Source: an uncultured Gemmatimonadaceae bacterium
GTDB taxonomy: Bacteria; Gemmatimonadota; Gemmatimonadetes; Gemmatimonadales; Gemmatimonadaceae
Direction: 5' to 3'
Length of the DNA stretch: 64,000 nucleotides
Assembly: GCA_963817955.1 (NCBI GenBank)
Contig: CAWFQK010000003.1
Coordinates: 192,001 to 256,000, forward strand
Both the position numbers and the translations under genes were made by a program. The notes beneath the pieces are model-generated. The model saw only the letters and a program-made list of their open reading frames with translations. It did not search any database and was not told where the DNA came from. Positions 40,057-49,859 of this stretch are shown here, piece after piece (within the stretch, counting starts at the first letter, position 1; every line of letters starts with the position of its first letter).

Positions 40057-40232
40057 GTTCTTTCCTCGGAGTCGGTGGTGAACGTCAGCCTTGAGGATAG
40101 CAAGAAGTGGACACAGCGGTAAGAGCGGGATGTTGCCGCGCGACGAACCGGCGCATACAATCCACCTTCTTCACGTCCCACCTGCGTCACCTCGCCCGGC
40201 GCCTCCCCCCCTCCCGCCCCCCCTTCCGGCCC

Positions 40233-41225
40233 ATGTCTCCTCTCGTCATCCCACAACTCGCGTCGGGCGACCGCGTGACCGGTGAGTTGCTGGTGTATGA
40301 CCGCGCCGAGAAGAAGACGAGCGCCGGCGATCCGTACGTCGTGCTCACGCTGGGCAATTCCAGCGGGCGTATCGACACGGCCCCCATCTGGTCGGACAAG
40401 CTGGAATGGGCTGACGGCGCGCGCTCGGGCAAAGTGATTCAGGCGATCGGGGACATTACGATCTACGCCAAGGGCGGCCCGGGAAAGAAGCAGCTGCTCC
40501 TCACCGCTCCCGTGCGGATTCTCCCCGACGAGAGCTTCCGGGCAGAAATGTTTTTGCCCTCCATCGATGGCGACTGCACCAAGCTCTGGGCCTGGATCGA
40601 TCGTGTGCGGGGCGAGGTCGAATCCAGAACGCTCGGACGCGTGCTGGACGTGTTCTTTGGCGACGACGATTTTCGCGTACGCTTCGAGCGCACTCCCGCA
40701 TCAACCGCTGGACATCACGCGAAACTCGGGGGGCTGCTGCTTCATGTCTATGAGGTGACGAGCATCGCCCGGCAGACGGCGCGCACCATGCGCGCCAACA
40801 TCGATCTGGTGATCACCGGCGCGCTCCTCCACGATGTCGGTAAGGTCGAATCCTACGAGGTAGGGCCCGGCGGGTTCACGTTTACCTCGTGCGGGTTGTT
40901 GGTCGGGCATGTCGTGCTTGGTGCGCTGATGCTCGAGCGGCGGCTCGCGGCGCTCGGAGCGCCGTTGTGCACCGACGCGCAGTTGACCGAACTGCATCAC
41001 ATGATTCTTTCGCATCACGGGTCGCTGGAGTATGGCAGCCCCATACAGCCGATGACCACGGAAGCCGAAATCGTTCATTGGGCCGACGAAGCCTCGGCCA
41101 AGGCAGCCGACATGACCGAGATGCTCAGTGATCCGGAGTTGTTCGGCGCTGGACGAGAGTACTCCGATCGCTCGCACTGGCGATTGGGCCGGCGGATCTG
41201 GCGTCGACCGCACTCCTGGGACTGA
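40233..41225 (+). CDS. YhaM/Cbf1-family 3'-5' exoribonuclease (OB and HD domains)
   Basis: N-terminal OB-like region; HHA..GGLLLH, LLHDVGK, GH, ILSHHG and HWAD motifs. Confidence 0.87.
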   Translation: MSPLVIPQLASGDRVTGELLVYDRAEKKTSAGDPYVVLTLGNSSGRIDTAPIWSDKLEWADGARSGKVIQAIGDITIYAKGGPGKKQLLLTAPVRILPDESFRAEMFLPSIDGDCTKLWAWIDRVRGEVESRTLGRVLDVFFGDDDFRVRFERTPASTAGHHAKLGGLLLHVYEVTSIARQTARTMRANIDLVITGALLHDVGKVESYEVGPGGFTFTSCGLLVGHVVLGALMLERRLAALGAPLCTDAQLTELHHMILSHHGSLEYGSPIQPMTTEAEIVHWADEASAKAADMTEMLSDPELFGAGREYSDRSHWRLGRRIWRRPHSWD

Positions 41226-41260
41226 CGGGTCGCGGTTGCGGCCGGCCTCTGCAACGTCCA

Positions 41261-41370
41261 ATCAAGGGAACCATTGATTGCCCTGGACGTATATACAGAT
41301 GTACCGATGCGCGCGCCAAAGCGGGCTCGGCTACCTCAAGGCCTCCAGGTGACAAAAGCATACCCTGGAT
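41261..41370. ncRNA. Candidate rod-shaped structured RNA (6S-like?)
   Basis: Nested complementary segments with a central bubble, in an ORF-free gap. Confidence 0.3.
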
Positions 41371-41455
41371 AGTCTTAGAGCATTAGAGGGTTAGTCGTGT
41401 ATAAGGCGGTCCGGCGCCGTCAAACCGGGGCTGTTTTGTTGTTGAGGAGGTACAA

Positions 41456-41668
41456 ATGCGCAAGCCACGTCCGGCTACGTACAACCCAGCGCAAGCACTG
41501 AATCTGATCGCGAACGACAGAACGGGTTCGGCGCTGCGCTGCCCGTCGTGCTCTTCTGGTTCGATCGAGCGCATCCCCGACGAAGTTCCACCGCCGCCAC
41601 GATCCCACGTCACGCTCCGCTGCAGTGAATGCGGCCGTGTCGCCCGATACATCGCGGGCGCCGCCTGA
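41456..41668 (+). CDS. Small zinc-ribbon protein (70 aa)
   Basis: CPSC...CSEC motif; strong GAGGAGG RBS. Confidence 0.75.
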   Translation: MRKPRPATYNPAQALNLIANDRTGSALRCPSCSSGSIERIPDEVPPPPRSHVTLRCSECGRVARYIAGAA

Positions 41669-41882
41669 GCGACTGGTTCTCCCACAAGTTTCTGGTACCG
41701 CCGACGGGACTCTCAATCCCCCGGCTGGGCCGCGAGTTGCACAGAACTTGCTCGACGACCAGATAAGCGAACTCGCCGATTCTCTACGGGTTCGCGATGC
41801 GGAGGTAGGATCACGCCTCAGAGCCGCAACATGCTCTCCGGCGCGGGATCAGGATCACAGCTTCTTGCAAGAGGTACGATCA

Positions 41883-42089
41883 ATGGCTCGTCTTACCGGC
41901 ACCGTGAAGTGGTTCAACGACGCCAAGGGCTACGGTTTCATCTCCCGTGAGGGCGGCCCTGATGTGTTCGTTCACTTCAGCGCCATCCAGGGAAATGGCT
42001 TCAAATCCCTGGCTGAGGGCGATCAGGTGGAATTCGAGATCGTGCAAGGCCAGAAGGGACCGCAGGCAGCAGACGTCACCAAGCCGTGA
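41883..42089 (+). CDS. Cold-shock protein (CspA family)
   Basis: [15 protein letters not shown] and VFVHFSAI motifs; GAGGT RBS. Confidence 0.96.
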   Translation: MARLTGTVKWFNDAKGYGFISREGGPDVFVHFSAIQGNGFKSLAEGDQVEFEIVQGQKGPQAADVTKP

Positions 42090-43156
42090 TCCCGCGCGAA
42101 TGGGCAGGAGTAGCGCCCCGGCATTCGCCGGGGCGTTTTCACACAAGCGAACCCGTAAAACCTCCTCGCCGCCGCACACCGACGCCGTCATCCACCGGGG
42201 CCATCGTCCGACAGCTCGAGGACATCGAGCGCGACACGGGCAATGGCACCCTGGAATTCGCGCCGGGCCGAATGCTGCACGTGTCCAGTCTGGACAAGCC
42301 GTACTTCCCGCTCGACGGGATCACAAAGGGCGACGTCATGCGTTACTACGCCACTGTCGCCCCCGCGTTGTTGCCGGTCATCAAGGACCGTCCGCTCGTA
42401 CTCAAGCGGTATCCCGATGGCATCGAGGGCCCATCGTTCTTTCAGCAGAATGCCGGCGAGCATGTGCCGAAAGGCGTGCGCGTGGAGCGCATCACGACGG
42501 GGGGAGGGCGTGGAACGGTCGTCGACAGAATCGTCGGCGGCGATCTACTCACGCTGCTGTACACGGTTCAGATAGGCACGATTGCGGTGCACACGTGGCA
42601 GGCGCGCATCCAAAGCCATCGGTACGCCGATACCACGACGATCGATCTCGATCCGGGCGACGACGTGAGCTTTCGCGAGGTTGTTGAGCTCGCAAAGAAC
42701 GTCAAGGTCGAGCTTGACAAGGCAGAGCTGAAAGGCGGAATCAAGACATCGGGGTCCAGTGGCATTCACATCGTACTCCCGCTTCCGCCGGAAACCACGT
42801 TCGACGAGGCGGCGCGTGTCGCTCAGGTGATTGCCGAACGCGTAGTGGAAGCGCACCCCGAACGCGCGACGCTCGAGCGGAGTATCAAGTCTCGTCCAGC
42901 GGAAACGATCTATGTCGACGCCTTGCAGAACGCGGAAGGAAAAAGCGTGGTCGCGGCCTACTCTGTGCGGGAACGACCAGGGGCGACGGTCTCGGCGCCA
43001 TTGGATTGGCGAGCCCTCCGGAGCACACTCCGTCTCGACTCGTTCACGATCGAGACGATGCCGGCCCGGCTGAGAAGAACCGGAGATATTTGGGGCGCCG
43101 CGATGTCGCGCCGCAACACGAAACGCCTGATCGACCGCGTCCTGCGCGATACCTGA
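42086..43156 (+). CDS. Stand-alone LigD polymerase (primase-polymerase) domain protein
   Basis: LDKPYFP, ITKGD...YY, RYPDG, IDLDP, KTSG..GIH, YSVR and VSAPL.W motifs; start uncertain. Confidence 0.88.
   Translation: MIPREWAGVAPRHSPGRFHTSEPVKPPRRRTPTPSSTGAIVRQLEDIERDTGNGTLEFAPGRMLHVSSLDKPYFPLDGITKGDVMRYYATVAPALLPVIKDRPLVLKRYPDGIEGPSFFQQNAGEHVPKGVRVERITTGGGRGTVVDRIVGGDLLTLLYTVQIGTIAVHTWQARIQSHRYADTTTIDLDPGDDVSFREVVELAKNVKVELDKAELKGGIKTSGSSGIHIVLPLPPETTFDEAARVAQVIAERVVEAHPERATLERSIKSRPAETIYVDALQNAEGKSVVAAYSVRERPGATVSAPLDWRALRSTLRLDSFTIETMPARLRRTGDIWGAAMSRRNTKRLIDRVLRDT
42113..42139 (+). terminator. Intrinsic terminator after the cold-shock gene
   Basis: CGCCCCGGC-attc-GCCGGGGCG followed by TTTT. 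Confidence 0.65.
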
Positions 43157-43175
43157 GCTGGAGAGGAGACTGGTG

Positions 43176-43469
43176 ATGGACCCAGAGATGATGAGCGAAG
43201 ATGTCGCGCCAGTCTATCGGCGTGAGTTGCCCGGCGGCGGATATGTCGCGATCGATGTCCGTCGCGAACGCGAAGTGCCGCGGACGTGCGTGTCGGTGGA
43301 ACGTCGTGCGAAGCACGACCGCCGCCCCGGACACAAGCCGGTCGTGATCGCCGAAGCAGAGGGCGACGATCGCTCGCCGGCATTTCAGGATCTCTACCGG
43401 CTGGCGGCCGACAACGCGGCCATCGCACGCGCGATCCTCGTGATCGAGGGCCCGCAGCGCGCGGACTGA
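43176..43469 (+). CDS. Hypothetical protein
   Basis: GGAGAGGAG RBS; clean 97-aa ORF. Confidence 0.65.
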   Translation: MDPEMMSEDVAPVYRRELPGGGYVAIDVRREREVPRTCVSVERRAKHDRRPGHKPVVIAEAEGDDRSPAFQDLYRLAADNAAIARAILVIEGPQRAD

Positions 43470-43471
43470 GG

Positions 43472-44170
43472 TCAGCCGAGTAGGTCGAAGCGGATCCCGT
43501 GTCGGGGCCGCCGCCGACGCGGCGGCGCGTAGCGGAACAACTGTGCAGGCCGTCCTCGGCCCTCGCTACGCCATTCGTCCGTGGCCTCGACGAGTGCCGA
43601 GGCATGCAACGAGCGTCGGAAGCTGGCCTTATGTAAGCGCCGCCCGAGCAACAATTCGTAGACGCTTTGCAGCTCGCTGAGGGTGAAGGACGGCGGCACG
43701 AGCTTGAACGCAATCGGTTGCTGATCCACGCGGTTACGCATCGCGGTCAACGCGCTGTCGATGGCCGCGCGATGTCGCGTCGCAAGGTTGTCGGCCGCCG
43801 ACATGGCGACCCACTCACCTGCATGCCGCGACACATCACCTCTCTCGGAAACGAGCCCGAAATAGATGATGCTGATCTCGGCGCCATCGGGCTGGCGTCG
43901 CGCGCCGCCAATGGCGGCCGCCTGTTCCAGGAGCGACGGAACGTCACCCCACGCCTCAGATGCCACACGCAACGCGGCGTCGTTCAGCGACTCGTCGCCA
44001 CGCAGCGTGCCGGACGGCAGCGACCATCCGTCTTGCGCACGGCCGCGCCCAGTAGGCGGCGACAACAGAATGGCCAGTTCGCTCCCCTGAGGCGTGAAGA
44101 GCACCACGTCAATGGCGAGCGTCAAGCGGCGAGTGGCGGCTCCGCGTGGGGAATTCGACCGTGCAGGCAT
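43472..44170 (-). CDS. NrtR-family Nudix/wHTH transcriptional regulator
   Basis: IDVVLF, WSLPSG, degenerate Nudix box, FTLSELQSVYE, SFRR and GRPAQLF motifs. Confidence 0.88.
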   Translation of the reverse strand: MPARSNSPRGAATRRLTLAIDVVLFTPQGSELAILLSPPTGRGRAQDGWSLPSGTLRGDESLNDAALRVASEAWGDVPSLLEQAAAIGGARRQPDGAEISIIYFGLVSERGDVSRHAGEWVAMSAADNLATRHRAAIDSALTAMRNRVDQQPIAFKLVPPSFTLSELQSVYELLLGRRLHKASFRRSLHASALVEATDEWRSEGRGRPAQLFRYAPPRRRRPRHGIRFDLLG

Positions 44171-44180
44171 CGCACGCGAA

Positions 44181-44201
44181 TTAGTAGCAACTTGCTAATA
44201 A
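44181..44201. promoter_or_regulatory. 21-bp palindrome, putative NrtR operator
   Basis: TTAGTAGCAACTTGCTAATAA, 10 bp upstream of the regulator's ATG. Confidence 0.65.
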
Positions 44202-44229
44202 AGTCAAGTCCGCGTACGTACCGGCTTCT

Positions 44230-46089
44230 CTACGGACGCGCGCGCGGCGCGGCGGGCCGGTCGAAGCCGGTGCCGAACGGCAACAGGGGGGGAATACTGA
44301 TGGGGAGACGTCCAGTAATCGGCGCCGTGCCAACCAGGGCACGGCCCGCAGCGGCCTGCGACACCGGAAAGCCTCCCCACGCCACCAGGTAGCTCGAGAC
44401 TCCTGGCACCTGTTGCAGAAGATACGGGTTCCCGAACGCTACGAGAACCGTGCGCGCATGACGTTGTGCCAGATCACGGATGAATTGTGCGATCGCTTCC
44501 GGCGCACTCACGTTGGAGACGGTCGTGCCGGTCGTCAGGTACGATCCTACGACGGCGACGTCGACTGAATCGGCTGCGGCGAGCAAACGGACGAAGTTGG
44601 GCGATGGATCGTCCGGGTTGATCAACTCCGTGCGCAGGCCCGGAATGACGCGCCGTAACTCGCCATTGAATGTTGCGCCCGCTGGGAGATCGGTGCGGCT
44701 GGCGATCGTGATGGACAGCACCCGCGGCGCTGGCATGCCAGGGCGAACGAGCGGTACGACGCTCAACGAGTCCTTGGCGAGCGTGATCGACCGCTGCGCC
44801 GCCGTGGCGGCGATCGTCAGGTGACTGGTGTCGGCGACTGTGATGCGCACGCTGTCCAGGCTGACGACGCGCTGGCGATCGAGGGCGAGCCGTTGTTTCG
44901 TCTCGAGCACGCGCCGCACTGATGAATCGACGCGCGCCTGGGTAAATCGGCCTTCGCCCACGCCAGCGACCACCGCGTCGATGGCCGCCGGGACGTCGCT
45001 CGGCATCAACAGGATGTCTGCGCCCGCGACGATGGCCATTTTGCACGCCTCGGCTATTCCGATGCTGTTCCGAAGGACGCCGTAGTTACCGGCAACCGTC
45101 TGCGCCTGCACAGCCGGAGCGGCGCTGATGCGCGACAGCACGCCGTTCATGTCCATCGCGTCGGTGATCACCATGCCCTTGAATCCGAGCTGTTGACGCA
45201 GCAAACCGGTCATGATCGTTGGCGACAGCGTCGCGGGCACCGGCGTCGTGTCGAGCGCCGGGACCATGCCATGGAACGTCATTATCCCTTGCACGCCCGC
45301 GGCAATGGCGCGGCGGAACGGCACCAACTCCACACTGTCCAGCCGGGCGCGGCTGGCGTGAATCGTCGGCACGGTGAGGTGGGAATTCTCGTCCGTGTCG
45401 CCATGGCCGGGGAAGTGCTTCCCCGTCGCCATCATCCCGTGCTCCTGCAAGCCGTGGATGAGCGCTGTGCCCATGTCGCCGACGAGCTGCGGGTCTTCTC
45501 CAAATGAACGAACGCCGATGACCGGATTCGCTGGATTGTTGTTGACATCGAGCACCGGGGCGAATGCGATGTGCACGCCCATCGCGCGTCCCTCGAGTGC
45601 GGTAATTCGACCCTGCTCGTACGCCAGCGACGTGTCGCGCGTCGCGCCGAGCCCCATCTGTGGCGGGAACATCGTCGCGCCGCCCAGATAGATGTTGTTC
45701 GGCAGAAAGTAGCCGCCGCGCTGGCGAAATGCCGCACCCGTCTCGTAGTCGGCGCCAATGACCAGCGGCAGCGCGCTGAGTCGCTGCATGGCATTCAACT
45801 TCTCGGCGGTCTCGATCGGCGAGCCGATGGACATGATGAAACCGCCAACATGCTGCCGCGTGACCAACTCATCGATGCGCGTCCAACTGGCGCTCGATGT
45901 CGACGTGAAGTCACCGAATAATTGCGGCCACACGAGTTGCGCTGCCTTGTCGCGAGGCGACAGGGTGGCCATGACGGAGTCGACCCACCGCGAGTGTGCG
46001 GTGGAGAGCGGCGATGGGCGAGAGGAGTTGGACGCCGGTGCGCACGCGAGCGCGGCCATTGCCAGCATTGCCCATCGCGCTCTCACCAT
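44230..46089 (-). CDS. Glycoside hydrolase family 3 (beta-N-acetylhexosaminidase) lipoprotein
   Basis: Lipobox LAC; FAPVLD, RSFGED, KHFPGHGDT..SH and ITDAMDM motifs. Confidence 0.92.
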   Translation of the reverse strand: MVRARWAMLAMAALACAPASNSSRPSPLSTAHSRWVDSVMATLSPRDKAAQLVWPQLFGDFTSTSSASWTRIDELVTRQHVGGFIMSIGSPIETAEKLNAMQRLSALPLVIGADYETGAAFRQRGGYFLPNNIYLGGATMFPPQMGLGATRDTSLAYEQGRITALEGRAMGVHIAFAPVLDVNNNPANPVIGVRSFGEDPQLVGDMGTALIHGLQEHGMMATGKHFPGHGDTDENSHLTVPTIHASRARLDSVELVPFRRAIAAGVQGIMTFHGMVPALDTTPVPATLSPTIMTGLLRQQLGFKGMVITDAMDMNGVLSRISAAPAVQAQTVAGNYGVLRNSIGIAEACKMAIVAGADILLMPSDVPAAIDAVVAGVGEGRFTQARVDSSVRRVLETKQRLALDRQRVVSLDSVRITVADTSHLTIAATAAQRSITLAKDSLSVVPLVRPGMPAPRVLSITIASRTDLPAGATFNGELRRVIPGLRTELINPDDPSPNFVRLLAAADSVDVAVVGSYLTTGTTVSNVSAPEAIAQFIRDLAQRHARTVLVAFGNPYLLQQVPGVSSYLVAWGGFPVSQAAAGRALVGTAPITGRLPISIPPLLPFGTGFDRPAAPRARP

Positions 46090-46361
46090 TCGATCGTCCC
46101 CTTCTTCGTCGTATCGACGTCTTCTTCGCTGCCCGTCTTGAACAGGAACGCCTCCATATTCTGCTTGAGAAAGGCGCGTGCCTGCGGGTCCATGACGTTC
46201 AGCCCATAGTGGTTGATGAGCATGGTCTGCTGTCGAAGCCACAGGCCCCAACAATCCTGGCAGATATTCTCGGCCACGCGTTGGCCGATGGCGCCGGGAA
46301 AGGGCATTCGGTCAAACCCAAGCTTTGTTTGGCCGCAGCGGGAGCAGGTGATGTCGGTCAT
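46083..46361 (-). CDS. Fe(II)-trafficking/oxidative damage protection protein (YggX family)
   Basis: PFPG.IGQRV..NIC..CW..W...QTMLIN motif. Confidence 0.9.
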   Translation of the reverse strand: MTDITCSRCGQTKLGFDRMPFPGAIGQRVAENICQDCWGLWLRQQTMLINHYGLNVMDPQARAFLKQNMEAFLFKTGSEEDVDTTKKGTIEW

Positions 46362-46390
46362 TGGGATCCTCAGGTGTCCCGAAATTTAGT

Positions 46391-46422
46391 GACACGGGAC
46401 ACGGGACACGGGACACGGGACA
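46391..46422 (+). repeat. Heptamer tandem repeat (GACACGG)x4.5
   Basis: gacacgg gacacgg gacacgg gacacgg gaca. Confidence 0.85.
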
Positions 46423-46433
46423 AGCGCGGCGAC

Positions 46434-48485
46434 TTAACGTTTGATGGGTGGAATTGGCGGCACCAGGCCACCTGCGGTCGAAGCCGCTGTGCGGTCTGGG
46501 GGCGGGGCGTCGCCCCAGACGTCGTTGGATGCATTGAAGTCGGGTACGGTCGGATCCGGCCACAGGCGCACGCCTACGACCGGGCGGTTCACGTCGATGC
46601 TCGCCATGTACCGGTCCGTGCGAGACCATATCTGCACGGGCAGCTTCACATCCTGTGTCGTTCCGTCATCGAACTTGAGACGCATCGTGACGGGGAACGG
46701 AATACTCGTCGCACGCCGCAACTGAATCTCCGCCACGTCCTGTCCGCTCACCTGCCGCATGGAAACACCATCGATTGCGATATCGAGCACATCCGTGCCG
46801 TAGAAGAACGCGTTCCAGAACCAAGAGAGATCTTCACCAGACACGTTCTCGATCGTGCGGAAGAAGTCAGCGGGCGTTGGGTGTTTGAAGGCCCATCGAC
46901 GCGCGTATTCTCGCATCGCCCGGTCCATTGCATCGCGGCCAATCACGTTGTCACGCAAGGCGAGGAGCACCGCGCCGGGCTTGCGATACCCGATCGCGCC
47001 AAGTGCGGCTGCGTCGATGCGATCCGGGGGCGTCATGAGTGGCGACTGCGTCCCGTCTTCCACGGATTGGCGCCAGTTCGACACGTAGGACGGGAATTCA
47101 TTGGTGCCCGGTGCGCGCCGTTCATTGGAGAAGGCATTCTGATAGGTGTTGAAGCCTTCGTCCATCCACGCGTAGCGCCGCTCGTTCGATCCGACGATCA
47201 TCGGGAACCACTCGTGGCCTTGCTCGTGATCGATCGTGCCGAAGATCGACGTGGGATCCGCCGAGCCGTAGTGCACCATGACGAACATGGGATACTCCAT
47301 GCCGCCGACCGGCCCGGCGACCGACGTCGCCTGCGGATACGGGAAGTGCAACCAGTGCTCCGAATAGGTACGAATGGACCACTGGGTTTGCTCGGCCGCC
47401 GATTCCCACGCCCGTCCCGATTTCGGAAACTGATAATACGCCTGCGTCAGCACGCCGTCCCAGCTCGTCGCGTCCCATCGGAAATCCGGCGCGGCAGCCC
47501 ACGCCACGTCGCGGACGTGCTCGGCCCGGAACCGCCAGGTCTTCGTACCATTGACCGCGCGGCGCTTGCCCGCCGTGGCCTCGTCAGCCGTGATGATCTG
47601 CACGACACTGGCCGCGTGTGACGCCCGTTCGATTCGCTCCGACTGTGCCGGCGTCAGCACCTCGGCGCGGTTCTGCAACACGCCGCTGCCCGCGACAACG
47701 TAGCCCGCCGGTACGGTCACCGAGTAATCGATGTCGCCGTACTCGAGATAGAACTCGCCCTGGCCAATGTATGGATCGGTATTCCAGCCGCGCACGTCGT
47801 CGTACACCGCCATGCGCGGATACCACTGCGCGATTTCATAGAGTGTGCTGTCGCGGCCCATGCGATCCGAACCGTGCTCGGGAACCGCGAAGGCATACTG
47901 AAGTCCGATGTTCAGCACGCCGCCATGTGGCGCGAGCGGCGCGTCGAGATCGATGCGCATCATGGTGTCGTCAGTCTTGCCCGCGGCGCCGCGACCATTG
48001 ACCTGCAACCCGGTGATGTCGTAGCCCCCCTGAAAGCCTCGCACGCCCCAGCGTGACTCGGCCGGAAACATCGCCGATCCTTTGCTCCCCGGGCGATACA
48101 GATTCTGGTCGAGCTGCAGCCAGACGAAGCGCAGTGTATCGGGCGAGTTGTTGGTGTAGTGAATGCTCACCGTACCGCGGATCGTCTTGGCGGCGGTGTC
48201 GAGCGTGGCGGCAATGGTGTAATCAGCCCGCTGCTGCCAGTAGTCCGGGCCCGGCATTCCGCTGGCGGTGCGGTACTGGTTGGGCCCCGGCCAGTCCATG
48301 CGATCGATCCGGTGCATAGGATCGTCAGCTACCGTCATCAAAGGTCGCGTGGCCGTCGGCACGGGGGCGGGGGCGGTGGTCGTCACATGGACGGTGTCGA
48401 TGCGCACTGGCGTCAGTACGGGTGTCTGATGCACGGCGCACGCGCCGAGAAACGCGATCAGAGATGCAGCGAACGATGGTTTCAC
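46434..48485 (-). CDS. M1 family metalloaminopeptidase (lipoprotein)
   Basis: YWQQRADY, GGMEYP, HEQGH-x18-E (MDEG) and Y.KPG motifs; lipobox LGAC; AAGGAG RBS before GTG 48485. Confidence 0.92.
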   Translation of the reverse strand: MKPSFAASLIAFLGACAVHQTPVLTPVRIDTVHVTTTAPAPVPTATRPLMTVADDPMHRIDRMDWPGPNQYRTASGMPGPDYWQQRADYTIAATLDTAAKTIRGTVSIHYTNNSPDTLRFVWLQLDQNLYRPGSKGSAMFPAESRWGVRGFQGGYDITGLQVNGRGAAGKTDDTMMRIDLDAPLAPHGGVLNIGLQYAFAVPEHGSDRMGRDSTLYEIAQWYPRMAVYDDVRGWNTDPYIGQGEFYLEYGDIDYSVTVPAGYVVAGSGVLQNRAEVLTPAQSERIERASHAASVVQIITADEATAGKRRAVNGTKTWRFRAEHVRDVAWAAAPDFRWDATSWDGVLTQAYYQFPKSGRAWESAAEQTQWSIRTYSEHWLHFPYPQATSVAGPVGGMEYPMFVMVHYGSADPTSIFGTIDHEQGHEWFPMIVGSNERRYAWMDEGFNTYQNAFSNERRAPGTNEFPSYVSNWRQSVEDGTQSPLMTPPDRIDAAALGAIGYRKPGAVLLALRDNVIGRDAMDRAMREYARRWAFKHPTPADFFRTIENVSGEDLSWFWNAFFYGTDVLDIAIDGVSMRQVSGQDVAEIQLRRATSIPFPVTMRLKFDDGTTQDVKLPVQIWSRTDRYMASIDVNRPVVGVRLWPDPTVPDFNASNDVWGDAPPPDRTAASTAGGLVPPIPPIKR

Positions 48486-48497
48486 GCGGTTCTCCTT

Positions 48498-48640
48498 GGG
48501 ACACGGGACACGGCGACGAGACACGGGAGACGAGTTGCCTTACTGTTCGGAGTTGGTGGCGGGGATGACTCGGTATCCGTTAGCAAAATGTATTCGGGCG
48601 CATTCGTTCGCGTGTCCCGTGTCTCATGTCTCGTGTCTCA
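48498..48640. repeat. Inverted pair of degenerate GACACG(G/A) heptamer arrays
   Basis: gggacacgggacacgg...gagacacgggagacgag (48498-48534) and cgtgtcccgtgtctcatgtctcgtgtctca (48611-48640). Confidence 0.75.
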
Positions 48641-48642
48641 AA

Positions 48643-49806
48643 ATGACCAGCCGCTCTCGAATCACTCGCTTGGAGTCGGCGCCAAGCGTCGACGGTAGCC
48701 AGCTCCGCGCCACGGCGGCGGGCACCGCGCAATACTGCAGGCGTTTCCTGTCGCGGTTCTCTCCGGACTATTTCAGAGCGACCACCTTCGGGGTGACGGT
48801 TTCGTCGATCGGTCTCGGAACCTATCTCGGCGAGAGCAATGCCCAGGACGACGCTGCGTACGACGCTGCGATCGGGCGCGCCATTGAGTCGGGGATCAAC
48901 ATCATCGACTCGGCGATCAACTATCGCTGCCAGCGGTCGGAACGTGCGGTGGGCGCAGCACTTCAGCGTGTCTTTGCCGCCGGAACCCTGTCCAGGCAAG
49001 AGCTCGTCGTGTGCAGCAAGGGCGGATACATCCCGCTGGACGGCAATCCGCCCGCCACACGAGAAGCATACCAGGCCTACGTGCGGCGGGAGTTCGTGGA
49101 TCCGGAAATTCTGCATGCCGACGACATCGTCGCCGGCGGGCACTCCCTGGCTCCGCGCTTCCTGCGCTATTGTCTGGCGAAGAGTCGCCAGAACCTGGGG
49201 CTCCGGACGATCGACGTCTACTACATCCACAACCCCGGCCAGCAACTGGTCAGCGTAGCCCCAGAAGACCTCCGCGAACGCATCCGCGGCGCCTTCACGG
49301 TGATGGAAGAGGCGGCGGGACGTGGCGAGATTGGGGTGTATGGTTGCGCCACATGGGACTCACTCCGGGTGCCACCGGGCGAGAAGGCGCACCTGTCACT
49401 CGAAGACCTGGTGGAGTTGGCGCGCCAGGCAGCGGGGGGCGCTGACCACCACTTCCGGGTAGTCCAGCTACCGATCAACCTGGCGATGGTCGAGGCGGTT
49501 CGAGTGCCGACGCAGAAGCTTGGCGACAGGATGGTGACGGTGCTCGAGGCAGCGACGGAGCTGGGATTGACAGTGGTCGCGAGTGCGGCGCTGATGCAGG
49601 CCCGTCTCGCCAGTGGACTACCGGACCAGCTTCGGGAGGCTTTTCCCGATTGCATGACGGACGCACAGCGGGCAATCCAGTTCACGCGGACGCTGCCGGG
49701 TGTGACGACAGCGCTCGTCGGGGCGAAACAGGCCGATCACGTCGATGAGGACATTCGCTCAGCGCGAGTGACGGAAGAGGCGCCTCATTCGTCATATCGG
49801 GCGTAA
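48643..49806 (+). CDS. Aldo/keto reductase family protein
   Basis: SSIGLGT, NIIDSA.NY, SE, CSKGG and IDVYYIHNP motifs. Confidence 0.88.
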   Translation: MTSRSRITRLESAPSVDGSQLRATAAGTAQYCRRFLSRFSPDYFRATTFGVTVSSIGLGTYLGESNAQDDAAYDAAIGRAIESGINIIDSAINYRCQRSERAVGAALQRVFAAGTLSRQELVVCSKGGYIPLDGNPPATREAYQAYVRREFVDPEILHADDIVAGGHSLAPRFLRYCLAKSRQNLGLRTIDVYYIHNPGQQLVSVAPEDLRERIRGAFTVMEEAAGRGEIGVYGCATWDSLRVPPGEKAHLSLEDLVELARQAAGGADHHFRVVQLPINLAMVEAVRVPTQKLGDRMVTVLEAATELGLTVVASAALMQARLASGLPDQLREAFPDCMTDAQRAIQFTRTLPGVTTALVGAKQADHVDEDIRSARVTEEAPHSSYRA

Positions 49807-49859
49807 GACCTTATGGCGTATTGGGTTGGCGTGTGCGCCACCCTGCTCGTCGTACGCCG

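Noticed and set aside
40202..40227. C-rich tract (G-quadruplex or phase-variable site) before the yhaM-like gene
   Set aside because: Runs are at most 7 nt and interrupted; not distinguishable from background in a GC-rich genome
45996..47621. Long antisense ORFs (this one, also 13007-14602, 16086-17474, 32594-33673)
   Set aside because: Shadow ORFs opposite well-supported genes, expected with high-GC codon bias
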